44,192 bases of DNA from Vulcanimicrobiota bacterium. Its GTDB lineage: Bacteria > Vulcanimicrobiota > Vulcanimicrobiia > Vulcanimicrobiales > Vulcanimicrobiaceae. Under the pieces are notes generated by a model. That model was not told the DNA's origin. It made no database searches and saw only the letters and a program-made list of their open reading frames with translations. The translations under genes were made by a program, and so were the position numbers. How positions within the stretch are numbered: position 1 is the first letter of the stretch; every line of letters begins with the position of its first letter. This document shows positions 37,745-44,192 of the stretch, piece after piece. The stretch lies in contig PLCF01000022.1 in the NCBI GenBank assembly GCA_003135555.1, forward strand, positions 1 through 44,192. Reading direction: 5' to 3'.

Positions 37745-37909
37745 CTAGGGTCGAGCCTCGCGCGGCGCGGCGTCGCAGCCCGGCCGATGCGGATCCCCCT
37801 CGCGCTCGAGCAGCGCCCCACACGACTCGCAGACCAGGTGCAGCCAGCACACCGCATCGCCCTGGGGCTGGACCGGCTCGGCCGCGGCCCCGGGTTCGCC
37901 CTGCGTCAT
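37745..37909 (-). CDS. Small Cys-rich (zinc-finger-like) protein, 54 aa, absent from the ORF track
   Basis: MTQGEPGAAAEPVQPQGDAVCWLHLVCESCGALLEREGDPHRPGCDAAPREARP*; fills the gap co-directionally. Confidence 0.65.
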   Translation of the reverse strand: MTQGEPGAAAEPVQPQGDAVCWLHLVCESCGALLEREGDPHRPGCDAAPREARP

Positions 37910-37919
37910 CGCGGCGGAC

Positions 37920-38279
37920 TCAGCCGAAAGCGAGCGTGGCGAGACAGAGCGCGGCAGGCACGGCTTGGATGACCAGGATTCGGCGCGTGACCGTGAGCCC
38001 GCCGTAGATGCCCGCGACGAGCACGCACGCCGCGAAGAAGAGGATCAGCGGCCGTTGCAGCACCGCCGGCGCGAGGAGCGCCCACACCAGGCCGGCGGCA
38101 AGAAAGCCGTTGTAGAGGCCTTGATTCGCGGCTAAGGTCTTCGACTCGGCCGCGAATGCGGCCGTGAGGCCGAACGCAGTGAGCGTCGACGGGCTGGTCC
38201 ACCTGAACATCTCGAGGTAGAGAAAATACAGGTGCTCGAGCGCCACGATCGCGACCAGAACGAGCGTGACGGTGTGCAC
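37920..38279 (-). CDS. DUF1304 family membrane protein
   Basis: EHLYFLYLEMF.W, LAANQGLYNGFLA. Confidence 0.9.
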   Translation of the reverse strand: MHTVTLVLVAIVALEHLYFLYLEMFRWTSPSTLTAFGLTAAFAAESKTLAANQGLYNGFLAAGLVWALLAPAVLQRPLILFFAACVLVAGIYGGLTVTRRILVIQAVPAALCLATLAFG

Positions 38280-38285
38280 GAGCCC

Positions 38286-38954
38286 TCAGCCGACCAGCGC
38301 GGCGCAGACGCCCAAGCGCATGTCGGGCTTGATCATCGCGATCACGTCGTCGCCGCGCTGCAACGTCGTGTCGCCGTTGGGAACGACGACGTCGCCGGCG
38401 CCGTGATCCACCGCAACGATCACGCTGCCGCGCGGGAGTTCCAGGTCGGCGATGCGCTTGCCTTTGGCCGGCGAGTCGTCGGCGATCCGCAACTGCACCA
38501 GCTCGAGCTCACCGTGCCCGACCTTCGCCAGCGGTTCGAGGCTGCGCGCGTTTACGCGCTCGTCGATGATGTCCAGGATCAGCTCGGTCGACGAGATCAC
38601 GCTGACCGGCCGGTCGCTGTCGAGCGACTCGAAGATCAGCTTGTTCTTGGGATTGTTGACCCGCGCGATGCAGCGCGCGCTCGAGTGTTTCTTGGTGATG
38701 ATGCACACGACGAGGTTGTCCTCGTCATCGCCCGTATCGGCGACGACGACGTCGGCGCGAGCGAGGCCCGCCTGCATGAGCACGTTCGGGTCGCAACCGT
38801 CGCCGACCACCGCGATGTCGCTCTCGAGCAGGTTGGTCATCAGCTGCGCCTTGCGCGCGTCCTTCTCGATGACGACGACCTCGTGCTGCTGCTTGATGAG
38901 CCCGCGCGCAAGATAGGTCCCGACCTTGCCGCCCCCGACAATCAAGATGAACAC
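38286..38954 (-). CDS. trkA: TrkA-family RCK regulatory protein
   Basis: IVGGGKVG Rossmann motif, TGDDEDN, TrkA-C domain. Confidence 0.9.
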   Translation of the reverse strand: MFILIVGGGKVGTYLARGLIKQQHEVVVIEKDARKAQLMTNLLESDIAVVGDGCDPNVLMQAGLARADVVVADTGDDEDNLVVCIITKKHSSARCIARVNNPKNKLIFESLDSDRPVSVISSTELILDIIDERVNARSLEPLAKVGHGELELVQLRIADDSPAKGKRIADLELPRGSVIVAVDHGAGDVVVPNGDTTLQRGDDVIAMIKPDMRLGVCAALVG

Positions 38955-38969
38955 GGTGCTACGCCACCA

Positions 38970-39644
38970 TCACGCCGACAGGCGCGTTTCGGGGCGTGCG
39001 GAGGCGAAGTCGGCGGCGAATTGGGACAGCGCTTCGGGGGCGACGATCGCGTTGATCTCGTCACCCTCGGTGAGCAGGTCCGAGGGTGCGGGGATACCGA
39101 CGCTGCCGAGGCGGCGAATCGCGGCGATGCGGATCTTTCCATCGACCTCGACCTCGGAGACGCGCTTGCCGGCCTGCGTGCGCGACACCGTGGCGACCAA
39201 CGACGACAGCTTGCCGAAGTCGAACGACGGTACCGACGCGTAGGCGACGTCTTGAAGGCGGTCGCGAATGAGCTGCGCACCGATCGTCGTCGGACAGAAC
39301 GTCTCGATGCCGAGTTCGCGATAGAGCTGCCCGCGCGGCGGATCGTAGATGCGCGCGACGATCTTGGGGATGCGGAACATGCGCTGCGCGATGAGCGCCG
39401 CCATCACGTTGCGGTTGTCGCCGTCGGTCACCGCGACGAAGCCGTCGGCGCGCTCGGCGCCGGCGCGCTTGAGCACGTCGTAGTCGATCCCCGTACCGAC
39501 CTCGACCTGACCGGCGAAGCGGTTGCCCAGCCGTCGAAACGCGGCGGGGTTCTCGTCCACGACGACAACGTCGTGCTTGTCGGCGACGAGCAATTTGGCG
39601 AGGGTCGAGCCCACGCGCCCGCAGCCGACGATCAGGTATCTCAT
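38970..39644 (-). CDS. trkA: TrkA-family RCK regulatory protein
   Basis: IVGCGRVG, TDGDNRN, ARIYDP. Confidence 0.9.
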   Translation of the reverse strand: MRYLIVGCGRVGSTLAKLLVADKHDVVVVDENPAAFRRLGNRFAGQVEVGTGIDYDVLKRAGAERADGFVAVTDGDNRNVMAALIAQRMFRIPKIVARIYDPPRGQLYRELGIETFCPTTIGAQLIRDRLQDVAYASVPSFDFGKLSSLVATVSRTQAGKRVSEVEVDGKIRIAAIRRLGSVGIPAPSDLLTEGDEINAIVAPEALSQFAADFASARPETRLSA

Positions 39645-39743
39645 GGAGCGGTCTGAGGATTTCGGTACCGCTTGCGCCGTTCCCGCGTCGGCGGGAGGAG
39701 AGGGGTACCGGTCTGCGAATCCCGGGGGTTCGGTGCACGCCTA

Positions 39744-39820
39744 CGGGGCGTAGCTCAGCTTGGTAGAGCGCTGCGTTCGGGACGCAGAGGTCACAGGTTC
39801 AAATCCTGCCGCCCCGACCA
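39744..39820 (+). tRNA. tRNA-Pro (anticodon CGG)
   Basis: CGGGGCG/CGCCCCG acceptor stem, CTGCG-TT-CGG-GA-CGCAG anticodon arm, TTCAAAT T-loop, encoded CCA. Confidence 0.97.
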
Positions 39821-39825
39821 GTCCG

Positions 39826-39860
39826 GAAAGCCGGCCCATTTTGCGGGCCGGCTTTCTTTT
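39826..39860 (+). terminator. Rho-independent terminator after tRNA-Pro
   Basis: GAAAGCCGGCCC/GGGCCGGCTTTC stem followed by TTTT. Confidence 0.85.
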
Positions 39861-39870
39861 CCGATCGAGG

Positions 39871-40488
39871 TCAGTAGTCGATGTAGAACGGCCGGTGGAA
39901 CTGCACGAGCAGATCCACGACGCGATGCGTCCAGTAACCGCCGGGGCTGGGCACGGTGTACCCCGGCGCCGGATACGGGGAGCACGCTCCGGAATCCCAT
40001 TGCGAGTGGAAGACGGTTCCCGCGGGGACGACTCGCGAGGGGAGTGCGTCGGTAACAAAAAGCCATGCGTGCGTGGCGGGCTGCTGATTGCCCGTGAGCA
40101 CCATCGCGTAGCGCTTCGCGAGCGGCGGCGAGTAGATCATCGCGAACATGGTGCTGCCGCTGCAATCCGGAGTGGTGAAAAGCGACGTGCTCCCGCCGGG
40201 ATTCTGAAGCGGATAAAATCCTTCGGGATAGACCAGGATCGGGACGCCGTCGCCGCCTTTGAGGTGGTACGCGACGTAGCCGCCGAGCTGCTGCGACTGA
40301 AACCGTTCGTCGTAGGATATCAGGTCGCCGATCTCTTTTCCGGCGGAATCCCAGACCTTCTCATGGCAGCAGCGGGTAAATTGCGGGTGCGGTGGGACCC
40401 GCGCTTTGACGGAATCCGGCACCGCCGCCTGAGCCAGCGCGCCGGCCCCGATCGCGAGGGCGAGGGCCGAGAGTAACGTGTATCGCAT
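39871..40488 (-). CDS. Secreted Cys-containing hypothetical protein
   Basis: AGGAGG RBS; signal peptide MRYTLLSALALAIGAGALAQA; FTTPDCSG motif. Confidence 0.75.
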   Translation of the reverse strand: MRYTLLSALALAIGAGALAQAAVPDSVKARVPPHPQFTRCCHEKVWDSAGKEIGDLISYDERFQSQQLGGYVAYHLKGGDGVPILVYPEGFYPLQNPGGSTSLFTTPDCSGSTMFAMIYSPPLAKRYAMVLTGNQQPATHAWLFVTDALPSRVVPAGTVFHSQWDSGACSPYPAPGYTVPSPGGYWTHRVVDLLVQFHRPFYIDY

Positions 40489-40601
40489 GCGGTTCCTCCT
40501 AGCGGCGGTACTACCGCGCGCGTCGCTTGGCTTCCCCGGCACGGAAGTGGGCGCTCCCAGGACGGGAGGTACCACGCTGCCGCGGGGCCAACGGGCCGCC
40601 G

Positions 40602-40985
40602 TTGTTCTCACGTTTCAGTCCCGCCGCCCGGCGCGTGCTCCGCGCCGCGGAGCAAGAGTGCCGCAACCACAACCACTACTACGTGGGTGCCGAGCACATG
40701 CTGTACGCCTTGCTCGAAGAGCACGACGGGACGATCGATGCGCTGCTCGCGGCCGACCGGGTCGAGCCGGAGCACGTCCATGCTGAGGTCAAGCGCGCGC
40801 TCGGAACCGGCGACGGACGGACGTGGGAGGGCATCCTGGTGACACCTCGGGTGAGAAAGATCGTCGAGATAGCCGAGCGGCTCGCCGGCGACCGGGACGT
40901 CGAACCGCTCGACCTCTTCGAAGCGATCCGCGCCGAAGGCGGCGGGCTCGCGGCCGACATCTTGAGGCGCGCATGGAACACCTGA
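40602..40985 (+). CDS. Stand-alone Clp N-terminal (Clp_N) domain protein
   Basis: FSRFSPAARRVL..A..E....HYYVGAEHMLYALL...TPRVRKIVEIA; no AAA+ module. Confidence 0.85.
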   Translation: MFSRFSPAARRVLRAAEQECRNHNHYYVGAEHMLYALLEEHDGTIDALLAADRVEPEHVHAEVKRALGTGDGRTWEGILVTPRVRKIVEIAERLAGDRDVEPLDLFEAIRAEGGGLAADILRRAWNT

Positions 40986-41614
40986 GCCGGAGTTTTCACG
41001 ACCTCGTCGTCCACGCCGGCTACCTGGGCCTGTTCGTGGTCATGTTCTTGGGGAACATGGGCGCGCCGGCCGGGACCGAGTTCGTGATGCCGGCCGCCGG
41101 CGCGCTCGCGTCGCAGGGGCACCTGCCGACGATCGGCGCGCTGCCGGCCTGGATCCTGGTCGGGATCGTCGGAACCGTCGCCGAGGTCTGCGGCGCGACG
41201 GCGCTCTACGCGGTCGGCTACTACGGCGGCGTCCCGGTCCTGGAGCGCTACGGAAAGTACATCGGCTTCAAGCACAGCGCGATGGAGAAGGTCCACGGCT
41301 TCTATGCGAGGTTCGGGACGATCACCGTGTTTTGGTGCCGCTTCATCCCCTTCGTCCGCGGCGTCGCGTCGTTCCCCGCCGGGATCTCGCGCATGCAGAA
41401 GCGCTACTTCATCAGCTACACCGCGCTGGGATCGGCGATCTTTTGCTTCGGGCTGGCGTACCTGGGCAACATGGCCGGCAACAATATCGATGCGATCTTA
41501 GGGGCGTTGCACAAGGCCACGCTGGCCATCGTCATCGGCGTGGCCGTGCTCGCCGTCGGCGCGGTCGTCGTGATGCGCCTGCGCAAGGTCAAGGCGCCCC
41601 CCGATCGCAGCTGA
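40973..41614 (+). CDS. DedA family membrane protein
   Basis: GYLGLFVVMFL, EFVMPAAG, CRFIPFVRGVASFPAG. Confidence 0.9.
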   Translation: MEHLSRSFHDLVVHAGYLGLFVVMFLGNMGAPAGTEFVMPAAGALASQGHLPTIGALPAWILVGIVGTVAEVCGATALYAVGYYGGVPVLERYGKYIGFKHSAMEKVHGFYARFGTITVFWCRFIPFVRGVASFPAGISRMQKRYFISYTALGSAIFCFGLAYLGNMAGNNIDAILGALHKATLAIVIGVAVLAVGAVVVMRLRKVKAPPDRS

Positions 41615-41615
41615 C

Positions 41616-42206
41616 GTGCTCTGGCGCCGCGCCAAGCGGCGCGGCCCGCTCGTGGTGCTGCTCCACGGCAACGGCGCGGACGAACACGACATCTTTCCGC
41701 TCGAGCAGGCGTTCCCGCCCGGCGCGAGCGTGGCTGCGCTGCGCGCGCCGATCGCCGCCGAGGGCGGCTACCGGTGGTATGCGCACCATGACGTCGGCCG
41801 GCCGATCGCGGCCTCGCTGGCCGCGGGGATGGCCTACGTCGAGGCTTGGCTGGAACGGCAAACCGCAAGCAGCGTCTGGCTGGCGGGTTTCTCGGGCGGC
41901 GCGGTGATGGCAAGCGCCTTGCTGCTCGCAGCGCCGCTCCGGTTCGCGGGCGTGGCGATGCTGCACGGCACGCTGCCGTTCGACGCCGGGATCGCGCTCG
42001 AGCCCCAGCGCTTGCGCGGGTGCGAGCTGTTCTTCGGCTACGGCGAGCTCGACGCCGTCATCCCGCCCGCGCTCACGGCGCGCTCGCAGGCGTACCTGCG
42101 CCACGAGAGCGGCGCGCACGCCGAGATCCGCGGCTACCGAGCCGCGCACGAGCTGCCCTCGCCCGAGGTGCACGACCTCGCGCGCTGGTATGCTTCGTTG
42201 ACGTAG
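41616..42206 (+). CDS. Phospholipase/carboxylesterase family hydrolase
   Basis: LLHGNG, GFSGG nucleophile elbow, G..D.VIP, HE. Confidence 0.85.
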   Translation: MLWRRAKRRGPLVVLLHGNGADEHDIFPLEQAFPPGASVAALRAPIAAEGGYRWYAHHDVGRPIAASLAAGMAYVEAWLERQTASSVWLAGFSGGAVMASALLLAAPLRFAGVAMLHGTLPFDAGIALEPQRLRGCELFFGYGELDAVIPPALTARSQAYLRHESGAHAEIRGYRAAHELPSPEVHDLARWYASLT

Positions 42207-42210
42207 GAGA

Positions 42211-44192
42211 ATGGCCGTCGAACCGACGCGTCTGGAACGCACGCTCTCGCAACTGCCCGACCAGCCCGGCGTCTATCAGATGGTCGGGGCGGACGGCCGC
42301 ATCCTCTACATCGGCAAGGCCGTTTCCCTGCGCAACCGCGTGCGCTCGTACTTCCAGGACTCCGCCGCGCACCCGTATCGCACCGTCAAAATGGTCGAGC
42401 GCGTCACCGACGTGCGCACGATCGTGGTGACCAACGAGGTCGAGGCGCTCATCCTCGAGGCCAACCTCATCAAGCGGCATCAACCGCCGTTCAACGTCCG
42501 GCTGCGCGACGACAAGCGTTTCCCGTACCTCAAAGTCACCAACGAGCCGTTCCCCCGCGTGACCTTCACGCGGGTCGTTAAGGACGACGGGGCACGCTAC
42601 TTCGGGCCCTACACGAACGCGCACGGCCTGCGCGAGCTCATCGACCTGGTGCGCATCGTGTTCCCGCTGCGAACCTGCCGCGAGCCGATCGACGGCAAGC
42701 GCAAACGGCCCTGCCTGCAGTACCACATCAAGCGCTGTCTGGCGCCGTGCGTCGGCTACCAGTCCGAAGACGACTACGACCGGCTCGTCGACGAGGTGGT
42801 GCTCTTTTTAGAGGGGCACTACGCGCCGCTCATCGGGCGCCTGCAGCACGAGATGAGCGACGCGGCGGCCCACTTCAACTTCGAGGCGGCGGCGCGTTTG
42901 CGCGACCGCATCATCGCGGTGCGGCGCACGATCGAAGGCCAGAAGGTCGTCGGGCGCTCGCGCATCGACGTCGACCTCATGGCGCTGGCGCGGGGGCAGG
43001 GTCAGGCCTGCATGCAAGTGTTCCTGGTTCGCGACGGCAAGCTGCTGGGCCAGGAGTATTTCATCCTCGAAGGCACGAGCGAGCGCGGCGACTCCGAGAT
43101 CTTCTCGGAGTTCATCAAGCAGTTCTACACGTCGCGTACCGGAAACTTCGGCATGGACGCATCCTACGACGCGGAACGCACCGGCTCGCCGTTGGCCTTG
43201 CGTGCGGCGCGCGATCAGCAGGCGCCGGTGGCGGAGAAGATCCGCGGGCGCCGCCGGGCCGGCTACGAGGCTGCGGTTCCCAAAGAGATCCTCGTCGAAG
43301 CACGGCCCGACGACGCCAGCGTGATCGAGGCCTGGCTCACGGAGATCAAGGGCGTGCGCGTGCGCGTCCTCGAGCCGCGGCGCGGCGAGCGCGTCGACTA
43401 CCTCGAGCTGGTCAAGAAGAACGCGGAGCAGAACCTGCGGGCGTTTCTGGTGCATCAGGAAGCGACCGAAACCGCGTCGGCGAGCGCGCTTACCGAGTTG
43501 GCGGCGGCGCTCGATCTTCCCGAGCCGCCGCACCGCATCGAGTGCTACGACATCTCGAACATCGGGGGCACGCACTCGGTCGCGTCGATGGTCGTCTTCG
43601 TCGAAGGCCGGCCCAAGAAGAGCGACTATCGCCACTTCAACATCCAGGCGGTGCAGGGACCGGACGATTTCGCTTCGATGCAGGAGACGTTGCGCCGGCG
43701 GCTGCGCTATCTGCGCCACGACGCCGACCGTCCGCCGCTCGCCGACAGCGACGTCGCGACCGCCGCGATCGAAGCCCAGGCGCGCAAGCGCGAGCGCTTC
43801 CACGAGAAACCCGATCTGCTGCTCATCGACGGCGGCAAAGGGCAGCTCAACGCGGTGGTCGAGGTGCTGCACGAGACCGACATGTGGGGCATCCCCGTCG
43901 CCGGTCTGGCCAAAGAGCACGAGTGGCTGTTCGTTCCGGGCAACGGCGAGCCGATCGTGCTGCCGCCCAACTCCGCAGGGCTGCACCTGGTCATGCGCAT
44001 CCGCGACGAGGCGCACCGCTTCGCCATCACGCACCACCGCAACCGGCGCGGCAAAGCGATGACCAAGTCCGTGCTCGACACGCTCGCCGGTGTCGGGCCG
44101 GTGCGCAAGAAACGGTTGATGACGGCGTTCGGCACGGTGCGCGCGATCAAGAGCGCCTCGGTCGACGAGATCGCCGCGGTGAAGGGGATGAC
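42211..44192 (+). CDS. uvrC: Excinuclease ABC subunit C, 3'-truncated by the window (not in the ORF track)
   Basis: LPDQPGVY...LYIGKAVSLRNRVRSYF (GIY-YIG), RIECYDIS, LIDGGKGQL, RDEAHRFA, start of HhH. Confidence 0.96.
   Translation, partial: MAVEPTRLERTLSQLPDQPGVYQMVGADGRILYIGKAVSLRNRVRSYFQDSAAHPYRTVKMVERVTDVRTIVVTNEVEALILEANLIKRHQPPFNVRLRDDKRFPYLKVTNEPFPRVTFTRVVKDDGARYFGPYTNAHGLRELIDLVRIVFPLRTCREPIDGKRKRPCLQYHIKRCLAPCVGYQSEDDYDRLVDEVVLFLEGHYAPLIGRLQHEMSDAAAHFNFEAAARLRDRIIAVRRTIEGQKVVGRSRIDVDLMALARGQGQACMQVFLVRDGKLLGQEYFILEGTSERGDSEIFSEFIKQFYTSRTGNFGMDASYDAERTGSPLALRAARDQQAPVAEKIRGRRRAGYEAAVPKEILVEARPDDASVIEAWLTEIKGVRVRVLEPRRGERVDYLELVKKNAEQNLRAFLVHQEATETASASALTELAAALDLPEPPHRIECYDISNIGGTHSVASMVVFVEGRPKKSDYRHFNIQAVQGPDDFASMQETLRRRLRYLRHDADRPPLADSDVATAAIEAQARKRERFHEKPDLLLIDGGKGQLNAVVEVLHETDMWGIPVAGLAKEHEWLFVPGNGEPIVLPPNSAGLHLVMRIRDEAHRFAITHHRNRRGKAMTKSVLDTLAGVGPVRKKRLMTAFGTVRAIKSASVDEIAAVKGM

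Noticed and set aside
37787..37798. Second GDPH tetrapeptide in the 54-aa microprotein next to the GDPH protein
   Set aside because: No surrounding domain; most likely coincidence in GC-rich codons
39744..40488. tRNA-Pro as a prophage or island attachment site
   Set aside because: No integrase and no duplicated tRNA 3' end seen in the window
43129..43278. Intein in uvrC
   Set aside because: Too short and lacks Cys/Ser...His-Asn splice termini
1..44192. CRISPR array or cas genes (TnpB as Cas12-like)
   Set aside because: No regularly spaced direct repeats seen by eye, and no cas1/cas2

Overview
High-GC bacterial chromosome segment, densely coding. A Vulcanimicrobiota/Eremiobacterota-like origin is my inference from gene style only. 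The housekeeping backbone is der-plsY-efp, miaB, mutS-mutL-miaA-hfq-dapF, a trkA pair, tRNA-Pro(CGG) and a 3'-truncated uvrC. Accessory content includes phenylacetate genes (paaN, paaI), hopanoid-tailoring hpnI/hpnK, a CHASE2 cyclase-FecR pair, a TauE/DsrE-like/sulfotransferase-like trio and a solo IS200/IS605-family tnpB with intact RuvC motifs. The best leads are: (1) a stand-alone ferritin-like diiron gene behind a sigma70 promoter with a PaaR-like operator near paaN/paaI, a candidate non-canonical aryl-CoA oxygenase; (2) a ~130-nt structured non-coding segment after mutS that resembles the tnpB 3' (omegaRNA) region, ends in TCAA and abuts a truncated Uma2 gene, a possible trans-acting guide RNA or non-autonomous element; (3) a harpin-like protein with a GDPH autocleavage-type motif; (4) an orphan hicB with attC-like flanks; and (5) a perfect LexA box. 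All calls are by eye; no searches were run.
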